Assembly (NCBI RefSeq): GCF_001194135.2
Contig: NC_068991.1
Location: 21,459,890 to 21,508,875 of the forward strand
Reading direction: 5' to 3'
Length of the DNA: 48,986 bases
Source: Octopus bimaculoides
Lineage: Eukaryota
Part shown: piece by piece, positions 1-40,199 of the stretch
Layout: every line of letters starts with the position of its first letter
How positions within the stretch are numbered: position 1 is the first letter of the stretch
Made by a program: the position numbers and the translations under genes
Notes under the pieces: generated by a model
What the model was told of the DNA's origin: nothing
Databases searched by the model: none
Seen by the model: only the letters and a program-made list of their open reading frames with translations

Positions 1-85
1 AAGTTCTACTTTGTAATTTGTCCATTTTCTGTATTTAGCCCTGTGTGGCTATAATAAAAAGATATATATCCGTTTTTCAAGTGTA

Positions 86-86
86 T

Positions 87-145
<59 letters not shown>

Positions 146-1320
146 TCCCCTCTTTCTCTTTTTCTCTCTCTCGTTGCTCACAGGTGACCATCGTCCATTT
201 TTCCCTTCAGGACTGTCCTAAGGACTAGACATATTCTATCTCTCTCTCTCTCTCTTCTATATTTTCTCTTTTCAAAGAAAATATTTCTCCAGCGGTCGCT
301 ACTTTGCCCTCGATCTGGTCTAACGACCCTCCGTGTTTGTTTTCGTTCGTTTTCCTTGTATGTCTCCACTGTCTTGTTTTTGTTCCCAACTTTGACCTCT
401 CATGAATCCAAAATTTTATTTTGGTACTTATGGGAGCAACTGTCTTCGAAGATTCATATTCTCGCTCAATGCTCAAAATGAAGAGTAGACAGATAGCGAC
501 GACTGATGAAGGGTCGCTCTTTGTGTTACTTGTCCTGTTTTCCATTTTTTCTCTCGTTNNNNNNNNNNNNNNNNNNNNNNNNNNNNNNNNNNNNNNNNNN
601 NNNNNNNNNNNNNNNNNNNNNNNNNNNNNNNNNNNNNNNNNNNNNNNNNNNNNNNNNNAGAGAGAGAGAGAGAGAGGGTGGTTATATATGTATGAATGGC
701 TTCAGTGACACGCACTCACACACACACATACACGCACGCACGCTAGTTGTTTTAATCGATTTTCTCAGTAACTATGGGGGTTAGGAAAAAAATACAAACC
801 GCATTCCAATCTATGCACTAATTTCCACATGTGTGCCATTTTTCACGCGAATCCACCGAGCCGTTTGGCTGTGAACCTCAAGACAAGAAAGAATACAACG
901 TTCGCTTATGTCAAATTTATATTATAGATATGTATGTACACGTCATCCATCCATATTATCTACATACATATATGAGGACATCCGTATACTCTCACATACG
1001 CATGCATAAATGTATTTGAACATACACTCACGTGTATAAACATATGCACCCCTACATTCCTAAATACAGATATATAGATATCCTAAGTAAGCTGATATAC
1101 ACACAAAGCACACAAGACATACACACATATTTACATGTATACAAGTATATCGACATGCGCACGCGCACACACACGTATGTATATATATAGCCCTGTATGT
1201 ACATACATTTATACACATACACACGTATATATGTATGTATATATACATATATGTATACACACAAACGCACCTACATATATATACATATACGTATATATAT
1301 GTGTGTGTGTGTGTGTGTGT
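86..1320. repeat. Microsatellite-rich stretch: (GATA)n, (CT)n/(AG)n, (CA)n/(TA)n mosaics
   Basis: Direct reading. Similar tracts flank almost every N gap in the window. Confidence 0.9.
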
Positions 1321-1455
1321 ACAAAAACCATGTTTCACGCCGGTCACGCCGTAATGTGAATGTGTGTGTATTTATGTTTATGTCTGACGCATTCTTTTCT
1401 TTTGTTTGTCATTCATAAAATGAATGACAGCTTTTTCTGATATTTTGATATAATT

Positions 1456-1670
1456 CTGGATTCAAATTTTGCCAGAGGAGGAGCTATTTTGGGAAAGGAG
1501 AGAAGTCGATTACATCGATTGCAGTGTTTCACTGGTACTTTATTCATCGATCCTGAAAGGATAAAAGCAAAATTGACCTTGGCGGAATTTGCACCCAAAA
1601 CGTAGCAGCAGACGAAACACTGCTAAGCATTTCACCCAACGTGCTAACGATTCTGCCAGCTCTTCGCCTT
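1456..1670 (-). mobile_element. tRNA-derived SINE, abundant ~210-bp family A, copy
   Basis: Reverse complement of the family head GAGCTGGCAGAATCGTTAGCAC, with shared body (GTCAATTTT...CCTTTC...CGAT...GTACCAGT). Confidence 0.8.
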
Positions 1671-1883
1671 GCATTTTTCTTTTTTTGGTATAATAATAAC
1701 CAAATTTCTTCAGTTTTGAGACGTCAATGATCAGATTCTTTTGAAGTTTTGTCATGCCTAAAACCTTATTCTTAAGAGTACAATGGTCGAAAGATTTTAT
1801 AGCATTATGCAGCGGTAAGTCTAAAATAAAGGAGCACATATAGAGACAAAAAGAATTCGAATTTTCATATTATCTAAGATGTT

Positions 1884-2100
1884 AAGGCGGTGAGCTGGGA
1901 GAATCGTTAGCATGTCGGGCAAAATGCTTAACGACATTTCGTCTGTCTATACGTTCAGGGTTCAAAATCAACCCAGATCAACTTTACTTTTCATCCTTTT
2001 AGGGAGTCGATAAGATAAGTAGCAGTTGAGTGCTAGGATCGATGCAACCGACTTAGACCCTCCCCGTAAATTCCTGGCTTTGTGCCAAAATTAGAAATCA
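1884..2100 (+). mobile_element. SINE family A copy
   Basis: A-box-like GGTGAGCTGGGAGAATCG, B-box-like GGGTTCAAAATC, tail TTTGTGCCAAAATTAGAAA. Confidence 0.85.
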
Positions 2101-2120
2101 CTATTATAAAATATATAAAC

Positions 2121-2335
2121 GTGGTGAACTGGCAGAATCATTAGCACGCCGGACAAAATGCCTGGCGGCATTTCGTCCGTTTGTACGTCGTGGGTTCAAA
2201 ATCTACCGAGATTGACTTTATCCTTCATCCCTTTCGGGAATCGACAAAATAAGAACCAGATGAGCATTGGGGTTGATGTAATCGACTTACCCCCTCCTTT
2301 GAACTTGGTGGCCTTTTGTGTCAAAATTTGAAACC
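2121..2335 (+). mobile_element. SINE family A copy
   Basis: GGTGAACTGGCAGAATCATTAGCACGCCGG...GGGTTCAAAATC...TTTGTGTCAAAATTTGAAACC. Confidence 0.85.
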
Positions 2336-2450
2336 TAGGTTAATTAGCTAACAATATGTATAGGTTTCATTGTCAGTGTTTTAACAGAATCGTTAGAAAT
2401 TGTCTGAGACAATATTACACTGCTTCAGTGTTTAAGTTTTTATATTATGG

Positions 2451-2661
2451 TTCCACACTTTGGCACAAGTCCAGTAATTTTAGTGGAGGGGTAAATCGAT
2501 AACATTGATCCCCGTACTCGACAGGTAATTATTTTTCTGGCCCCGAAAAGATGCAAAGTGAAGTCAATTTCAGTGGAATTGTTACTCAGAATGTAAAGAC
2601 GGATAAAATCCTGTTAGGTAGTTTACCCGGCGTGCTAACAATTCTACCAGCTCACCTCCTT
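2451..2661 (-). mobile_element. SINE family A copy
   Basis: Reverse complement of the head (GTGCTAACAATTCTACCAGCTCACC) and tail (TTTGGCACAAG). Confidence 0.8.
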
Positions 2662-2671
2662 GAAAATAAAG

Positions 2672-2875
2672 ATTCCCAATTTAGGCACAAGACCAGTAAG
2701 TCTGATGGGAGTTAGCAAACTCATTTTCCCTTTGCAGGGAAGGTATTTCATTTTATCGATCTCAGAAAGATGAAAGGAGAATTCAACCTCGGTGAAATTT
2801 GAATGCAGAGCATCAAGATGCAGAATAAATAATACTGCAGATATTCGCTGACTCTAACGATCCTGCTAAACCGTC
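2672..2875 (-). mobile_element. SINE family A copy (diverged)
   Basis: Tail TTTAGGCACAAGACCAG and body TTTTATCGATCTCAGAAAGATGAAAGG...CTCGGTGAAATTTGAA. Confidence 0.7.
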
Positions 2876-2895
2876 GACAATGAAACCTATATATT

Positions 2896-3107
2896 GGTTT
2901 CAAATCTGGGCATAAGGCCAGCAATTTCGGGTTAGTAGGTAGTCGATTACATCGAGCTCAGTGTTCAAATGGTACTTATTTTAGCAACCTCGAAAGGGTG
3001 AAAGGGAAGTCGATCTCGGCGGCATTTGAACTCAGAACGTAAAGATGGACGAAATGCTGCGAAACATTTTTCGTGGCACGCTGACGATTCTGCTAGATCA
3101 CCGCTTT
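2896..3107 (-). mobile_element. SINE family A copy, 24 nt from the exon 5 donor
   Basis: CGCTGACGATTCTGCTAGATCACCGC head (rc), GGCATTTGAACTCAGAACG B-box (rc), family tail. Confidence 0.82.
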
Positions 3108-3130
3108 AATAATAAGAAAAATAATATTAC

Positions 3131-32792
<29,662 letters not shown>

Positions 32793-33046
32793 GATCTTGA
32801 CAGACAAAGGACGTCTTGTTCCAACAAACATAAATGAAATGTAAATGCCTACACGAACTAAGAGACGGAGATAAAGCTTTTGAAGTGAGTAAGAAAGAGA
32901 GTTAAAAATAAATTCATCATTAGGTAAAATGATATCATACANNNNNNNNNNNNNNNNNNNNNNNNNNNNNNNNNNNNNNNNNNNNNNNNNNNNNNNNNNN
33001 NNNNNNNNNNNNNNNNNNNNNNNNNNNNNNNNNNNNNNNNNTATAT

Positions 33047-33657
33047 AAACTTACTGTCAACAAAAGTCAGGATGCGTCGCGCTCAGTTACCCAATAAATG
33101 AAAAATGCATTAAATACTACAAAAAGTACACGTAGGACAAACACAAACGACTCTAATTCTTCATCAGTTATCGACCAAAAATACTAATCCTCAGTTTCAT
33201 GCCTTTAACAATAAAACTGAGAACTTCGTATATCGGTGGTACCCGCAAAATTTGCTGAGAATTAGTGTTCCAGCAAACAAGACAACACAAGTTGGACGTA
33301 CGAAAGTAAATAAATATAGTTTGAAACGATAGGCGAAGAAAGAATAGATAGAGACTTTGGGCCAAACACCATATTGATGGGTAACGCCTAGGAGGAATCC
33401 ACAATGGATATAAAAAGAGAAATAGTAAAAGAAGAGAAAATGCTGACCGGCAAGCTAAGCGTCCGGTGGCGAAAAGACAGAGATGAGAAAATTAGTCACA
33501 GGTCACGTGTGGGCAGTAGATAGAAGGGAAGGAGGATGAGAGAGTGCCACAGAAAGAACAAGGAAGGAAGGAAGGAAGGAAGGAAGTCTACAATTAAGTG
33601 TGAGAAGACAAGAAAGAGGAAGAGAGGAAGTAATGATGCTAGAAAAGGAATATGAGG

Positions 33658-33689
<32 letters not shown>

Positions 33690-33696
33690 TAAAGAA

Positions 33697-33728
<32 letters not shown>

Positions 33729-33732
33729 GCAG

Positions 33733-33763
<31 letters not shown>

Positions 33764-34370
33764 AGGTAAAGTCGCCAAAAACATAAAAACTTACTGTCAA
33801 CAAAAGTCGGGATGCGTGACCTTCAGTTACTCAATAAATGAAAAATGCATTAAATACTACAGAACGTACACGTAGGACAAACACAAACTACCCTAATTCT
33901 TCATCAGTTATCGACCACAAATACTAATACTCAGTTTTGTGCCTCTAATGATAAGATAGAGAACATCACATATCGGCAGCACCCGCAAATTTTACGAAGA
34001 ATTAGGGTTCCAGCAAACAAGACAATATAGGTTGGACGTACGTAAGTAAGCAAATGTAATCTGAAACGATAGACGAAGACGGAATAAATACAGCCTCAAT
34101 TGATATTAAAAAAATAAAAAGAAAAATAGTAAGAGGGGAGTAAATGCTTACCGGCAGGCTAAACAGCAGAGATGGGAAAATTAGTCATGGGTCACGAGTG
34201 AGCAGTAGATAGAAAGGAAGCAGGATGAGAGACAGGGAGAGAGAGAGAGCGGCAGAGAGAAGGGAGGAAGGAAGGAAGTCTACAATTAAGAGGGAGAAGA
34301 CAAAGAGTGGGGGTGAGAGGAAGTAAGGATGCTAGAAAATGAATACGAGGACTAGAGAGAAAGAAAGAAA
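33047..34370. repeat. Tandem duplication, period ~740 bp (two diverged units)
   Basis: AAACTTACTGTCAACAAAAGTC...AATGCATTAAATACTAC...TTCTTCATCAGTTATCGACC starts at 33047 and 33787. Confidence 0.9.
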
Positions 34371-34943
34371 GAATTGTTCACCATTTCTTCTGAAAATAAT
34401 TAAAATTTGTTTTGTTTTGTTTTTACCGAAAAGGCTCTTCTCGTGGTTTCTAAGTTAAAAAGGAAAATGGCCAAAATCGGTCCGGATAGTTGTTATTGTA
34501 AGGCTTATAGCGTTCCAAACAGCCATAACAACAAAATCACTTTTAAAGTTTTTTTACAAAAAATATACGGGTATTTTAAAAAGTCTTCAATAAATAATGT
34601 TTTTAGATTACGTATACATTAATAGAATAAGCTGTCGGTTTTCCAAATAACGAATTAAACTTGAAATGAAAACATTAAAGAGAAAGTGAGACTTTGCAAA
34701 TAAAAAGGGAATACTCTGCAGTGAATGCAATGAATATTTAAATTTGTGAAGAAATGGACGCAGTGAATTCAATGAATATTTAAATATGCGAGAAATTCAA
34801 TAACCTTAGAAATCGAACCTTCGTTTACAGGTGGTCTTTTTTGAGAAATTGTTAATTATGTAAAGATTTGTTTAAATTGTTGACTGTGTTGTGCTGTTTT
34901 GCAGCGGTTTAATTGCTGTGCTTTCTCTCCACGAGAGATAGCC

Positions 34944-35907
34944 ATGTCTTCAAGTAGAAGTGCGTTCTATTCAGACCTAAGCGGGTCCGAATTATCGTCT
35001 TCGGAAGAAGAGCTCGTACGAGCGGTGTATAAAATGGACGAACATTTGAAGAGGAGAAGCTTCGCTGAAGCGACAGAGGTTGCAAGAAAAGAAGTAGACC
35101 TGAAAAATCTAAGGAGCTTTGAGAACACGGTAGACAGGGAAGGTGGTAATGTAAAATTGTCACCACCCCAGGAAGTTCTGAAAAGCATGATGGAAAAAAT
35201 TATTGCTTATAAAGTATACTCGGTAAAAGAAAAAAAAATAGAATATGAAACAACGGAAACCATTGAAAAGGCACCGAGGCCAATCTGGCAAGATATAACA
35301 TATCTTACCAGAGAAAGCCGATTTGGAACTATCGATGTGCATTTTAAAAATATAAGGAAAGCAAAAGAACATTCAGTGATACCTTTAAGAACAGAGAAAG
35401 TGGTCCTCTTACCCACATACCTTGGAAGAAGGACTTCCAGGGTCAGGGTGGAGGGAACCCCACCGGAAATACATGTGGCTTGGGTGACGGTGGTAGTGCT
35501 TCTGGGAAACGAAGATGAACTCATCGTACTCCAGGCCACAAAGATAGAGACCAGTAACTGGAGAGGCCACATACTGGACAATAATTCAGAGTACAACAGA
35601 ATACTTGGGAAAAAATAGTTGAAACAGTGACCATAGGAGAAGCAGTGTTGAGAGTCTGGGTGGAGGGCAGAATCCCTCGTTGCTTCAAATGTGATCAAAA
35701 GGGTCACATAAGAGCGGACTGCCCTTCGAAACTTAAAGAAAATCAGGGGGAAACCCGGAAAGAACCGGAGAAGATAGAAGAGACAACAAAATCGAAAGAA
35801 GAAGAAACGTGGAAAGTGGTAGAAGGGAGGAAACAGAAGAAGAGAAAGAAAAGAAGTCAGGATGAACGGGAACCCCAACCCGCACCCACCCCACCCATAC
35901 CCTCTCA
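34944..35907 (+). mobile_element. Retroelement ORF1/gag-like gene with CCHC zinc knuckle (one frameshift; 3' end in gap)
   Basis: ORFs 34899-35618 and 35627-35907 are near-contiguous. CFKCDQKGHIRADC fits CX2CX4HX4C, preceded by VWVEGRIP and followed by WKVVEGRKQKKRK, typical of L1/Tx1-like ORF1. Confidence 0.75.
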
Positions 35908-36674
35908 NNNNNNNNNNNNNNNNNNNNNNNNNNNNNNNNNNNNNNNNNNNNNNNNNNNNNNNNNNNNNNNNNNNNNNNNNNNNNNNNNNNNNNNNNNNNN
36001 NNNNNNNNNNNNNNNNNNNNNNNNNNNNNNNNNNNNNNNNNNNNNNNNNNNNNNNNNNNNNNNNNNNNNNNNNNNNNNNNNNNNNNNNNNNNNNNNNNNN
36101 NNNNNNNNNNNNNNNNNNNNNNNNNNNNNNNNNNNNNNNNNNNNNNNNNNNNNNNNNNNNNNNNNNNNNNNNNNNNNNNNNNNNNNNNNNNNNNNNNNNN
36201 NNNNNNNNNNNNNNNNNNNNNNNNNNNNNNNNNNNNNNNNNNNNNNNNNNNNNNNNNNNNNNNNNNNNNNNNNNNNNNNNNNNNNNNNNNNNNNNNNNNN
36301 NNNNNNNNNNNNNNNNNNNNNNNNNNNNNNNNNNNNNNNNNNNNNNNNNNNNNNNNNNNNNNNNNNNNNNNNNNNNNNNNNNNNNNNNGTGGAATGTCCC
36401 TCGCTATGGTTATTTTCCAGGAGGTTCTTACGGTTCATTAACCCGCGTTGTTGAATTACTTTCTTCTGACATACCTTCCCTTGGTGGATTAGGATCCAGT
36501 TAGCTCAAGACATCATCAGGAGGAACCACGTCCGGTTTCGGCCCCTACTCCTCTACCGTTTTGACGTGGCGGGGCCCCCCTTTCGGAGGTGTCTTCAGTT
36601 CTGGTGTTGGGTGCATGTCTTCTTTCTTCTATTCCCTGGCCTCTTCGATGCAGCTTCAACGAGTGTCAGCGTCC

Positions 36675-36756
36675 GACTGATTGTCATGTCAAATTCCCCT
36701 TTTTATACCTGCTGCTAGGCTCCAGCAGGCTTCCCCAGCAAGTTGTCACGTGACAA
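36675..36756 (-). promoter_or_regulatory. Candidate core promoter: TATA box, Inr and palindromic E-box
   Basis: On the minus strand, TATAAAAA at 36707-36700 starts 29 nt upstream of the A in TCAGTC (36678). There is a perfect 14-bp palindrome TTGTCACGTGACAA at 36743-36756. Confidence 0.4.
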
Positions 36757-37324
36757 AGGAGTTAATATGGACCTGGTGAATGAAACAAGACAGAAGGACG
36801 TAAGATTTGTGAACTTAGAAGGAAAGTCAAATATAGAAGGATGGCAAACATGCGGTTTTGGTGCCTGAGAGTCGGTTAAAGGAGATAAAAGAATACAAGG
36901 GTGGATTTTCATATTGGAAAATTAACTGTAACATAAGAGAAATACCGGATAATACAAAAATATGAAGAACTCATTAATAACTACTGCATAAACATACTGA
37001 AAGACTCAGGATTCGAAGAAAGTAAGTGATGCTGCTTGAGGTGGGGCAAGTAGCTAATTTTCATTTATCATTTTCGTCACTCTTTATTACATCATATGTT
37101 TTTTTATATTTTTTTCTAATTGTTCTATGTCCCCACATGTTTGTTTGTCCCCTTTGTCGGCCCCTTGTAGGCAATAAAGAAACAAATTTCTTAGATCATG
37201 AATTTATAAAAATATTTCCAGACGGTCAACTCTTTAATAATTGCTTTCTTTTAGTACTTTTAGTAATTGTTACATACCTAACTAATAAGCAGCCATCTCC
37301 ATTATAATATATACATACATACAT

Positions 37325-37359
<35 letters not shown>

Positions 37360-38167
37360 NNNNNNNNNNNNNNNNNNNNNNNNNNNNNNNNNNNNNNNNN
37401 NNNNNNNNNNNNNNNNNNNNNNNNNNNNNNNNNNNNNNNNNNNNNNNNNNNNNNNNNNNNNNNNNNNNNNNNNNNNNNNNNNNNNNNNNNNNNNNNNNNN
37501 NNNNNNNNNNNNNNNNNNNNNNNNNNNNNNNNNNNNNNNNNNNNNNNNNNNNNNNNNNNNNNNNNNNNNNNNNNNNNNNNNNNNNNNNNNNNNNNNNNNN
37601 NNNNNNNNNNNNNNNNNNNNNNNNNNNNNNNNNNNNNNNNNNNNNNNNNNNNNNNNNNNNNNNNNNNNNNNNNNNNNNNNNNNNNNNNNNNNNNNNNNNN
37701 NNNNNNNNNNNNNNNNNNNNAGATTTTTTTTTTTTTTTTAGTTCTCTACTACATTTTGACAAGTATGCTTCGCTTCCTATATCCCATCTTTGCCACACAC
37801 ACACACCGTTCATTTATTCTTACACCGTATGTTTGTCACAACATTTACGTCAGAAATTGTTTTTTTTTTTATGTCAGAACCGTTGTTCGGAATGGAACTT
37901 GTAGTAAACTTTACTACAACTAAATGTTTTTTTTTTTATCATTTAATGATTTCATATTATCGTTATATATTTCTTATTCTTTTCTTCGAGTCCATCACAC
38001 TTTTAATATTTAAATTATTTCTGGCATCTGATTCTTTTATTCTGTCTTTAAATACGTATTTATATCTGTTGCCTGCAGTAGATAAAATCATTTGACCAAA
38101 GCAAAACAGCAGAAAGTTAGTAGACGAAGGTGGTATATTGACTGAAGCAAGCAAAACTTTAGACACT

Positions 38168-38992
38168 ATGGCAGAAGCGGGCAGTATACGTTCAGTAGAA
38201 AATGCCAGTGAAACGGAACGTGTTCATCCTTCGCAACAAGATCGAGGACACTCAGATGGCCGTCCTGGTGTTGTACTTTTTCCAGAAAATCTCAGTGATA
38301 TGGACAATGACCATTATTACGACGCTGAACGCATGAATGTCTGGGTAATGAGCACGCCTGATTATGAGGTTGACGCCAGCAAGCCACCCATCAGCAATTA
38401 TGGATCCACACTACCGCCTCCACCGCCATATGATCATGGTATCGACGTCTGCAAGCCATCCACCAGCAGTTATAGAGCCACACTACCACCTCGGCCTGCT
38501 TTTTCGAGTGTAACGCCTGACGATAATTCCTCTTTCTACATGGTGACCCCTCAAATGCTAACTTTTGCGGAAACCGTGAAGTCGTTAATGTGGTTCTTGT
38601 TCGCCATTCTGCTGGTCAATGCCATTGCGATCATTTGCATTTCTTATCAGTCTTCTGGAATTTCTTCTTGTTTGGGCATCGCTTCATGGAACGCCATACA
38701 AGTAGGCTATGCCCTGTTATTCATAAGTGCTGTGGTACCGAACATCTGTCACATACTATGGATCCAGCACGAACCACGACCTCTTGTGAAAGATGCTGTT
38801 TACTTCGCCGCCACTGTTTTCTATATCGCCACTGCCGTTATTATAGACTGTCGCCTGTATCTGTGCAATAAGCTACTATCTCAGGTGGCTTTTTGCTTTA
38901 CCACCGTATCTATTCTCTTCACACTTGGTATTCATGTTTTGCTTTTATACGAACTATTCACAGTTCGATGTCATACTAGGAATTATTTCTGA
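38168..38992 (+). CDS. Uncharacterised four-TM protein (MARVEL/tetraspan-like) with N-terminal PPxY motif; single coding exon, 274 aa
   Basis: An 825-nt uninterrupted, high-complexity ORF in repeat-rich DNA. ATG context ACTATGG. There is a ~130-aa Pro/Ser-rich N-terminus with LPPPPPY, then four hydrophobic segments (LMWFLFAILLVNAIAIICISY; WNAIQVGYALLFISAVVPNICHILWI; DAVYFAATVFYIATAVII; VAFCFTTVSILFTLGIHVLLLY). A pyrimidine tract and CAG acceptor end at 38078. MARVEL similarity is judged by eye only. Confidence 0.75.
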   Translation: MAEAGSIRSVENASETERVHPSQQDRGHSDGRPGVVLFPENLSDMDNDHYYDAERMNVWVMSTPDYEVDASKPPISNYGSTLPPPPPYDHGIDVCKPSTSSYRATLPPRPAFSSVTPDDNSSFYMVTPQMLTFAETVKSLMWFLFAILLVNAIAIICISYQSSGISSCLGIASWNAIQVGYALLFISAVVPNICHILWIQHEPRPLVKDAVYFAATVFYIATAVIIDCRLYLCNKLLSQVAFCFTTVSILFTLGIHVLLLYELFTVRCHTRNYF

Positions 38993-39863
38993 ATCCACGT
39001 TGAAGTGCAACATTTTTTTTTTCTGTTTAATTAAATCTTGACGCGTAAATAACCTACCTGATAACGTATATTGAGTGACATTTCAAACAAACTTGTAGCA
39101 GTTTTTACAATATTTATTAGACACTTTAGTCTTGCTTCAACGTTTGTCTAACTCGGAAATTATATTTACACATATATTATTTTTACTCACACTAAAATAT
39201 ATATTGTTGCAACGTTTTACATATTAAAAAGAAAAAAAACTGGCTGCCCAGTGGAAGTTTCTTCATCTCTATGGGATAGAGATGGCGAAAAGATAGCAAA
39301 ATTTAATTCCTTGACTTCCTATTCAGAGTTCAACTCCAACCGGAGAAAGCTGTTGTTTTCTTTTTCAGGACTTGCGTCACATAAATGCCAGTGATACACT
39401 AAAGGCCTATTTATATCGAATGATATTCCCACTGAGAAATGTTTGTCCGTGTACTTCAATTTCCATCTCTTGTTAATTATTGAGGATAAAGCGCCAAAGT
39501 AAACGAAGTACCATAATCCCGTCCCATTTTTCCCCCCAATTGTTTCCTTAAACAAGTAAGCTGTGATTCAAGATCAAGGACATTACCACTTTTTTTTGTG
39601 GGTGGGGAGAGTATCTAGTAATAAGTTGTCTGATGGATTTTTAGGGCGGTAGGCTGCGGTTTGAGGGAGATATGACTGGTTGTTGTACAAAAGGTTTTCT
39701 GATTGGCTTAGATATGTATGAATACTTTAGAGAGCAATAGATTAAAAGTTTTTCTGGGATTGTCTCGGCATCTTGATTCAAATGCTTCCGGTTATCCTTT
39801 GTTTAGTGTTGTTGTTTTTTTTGTTTTTGTTTTTTATTGCTTCCTACGTTTCTAATAAATTCT

Positions 39864-39927
39864 AGGAATATATCGCAAAATCAATCGTATACACCAGGAA
39901 TATATCGCAAAATCAATCGTGTACACC
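39864..39927 (+). repeat. 32-bp tandem duplication
   Basis: AGGAATATATCGCAAAATCAATCGTRTACACC twice, with one mismatch. Confidence 0.9.
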
Positions 39928-40199
39928 ACTTAGTCTTTTCCTCTCTTAGAAGAAATTAGGCTGGTGTAATAAACTTCTTGTGTACGAGACATAATCCATA
40001 AGCCAATCGACTCTGCTATGCAGTTTCCACTCTCAGTGGATGATTTTTACATTTAGGAAACTCTTTTGCCAACTTAGAGGATAAATAGGGACACCTATGG
40101 GCGTTTTCAGAACCTTCCTTTGCTAGAAAGAACTAAAATTCTGTAACAAACGCCTTTGTCTGAATGTTTGCAAATATGCCTCTCAAATCTTCTACCCGC

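Noticed and set aside
225-545. 106-aa minus-strand ORF with a short hydrophobic patch, in the position expected for SLC22 exon 6
   Set aside because: No SLC22 TM7-12 motifs and no phase-compatible acceptor identified; it runs into microsatellites.
1712-1820. Plus-strand segment bounded by TTCTTCAG and GTAAGT, resembling an exon
   Set aside because: Stops in all three frames and no partner exons.
36390-36503. Apparent continuation of the zinc-knuckle ORF past the gap
   Set aside because: Frame cannot be carried across Ns, and the sequence shows no endonuclease or ORF1 motifs on the plus strand.
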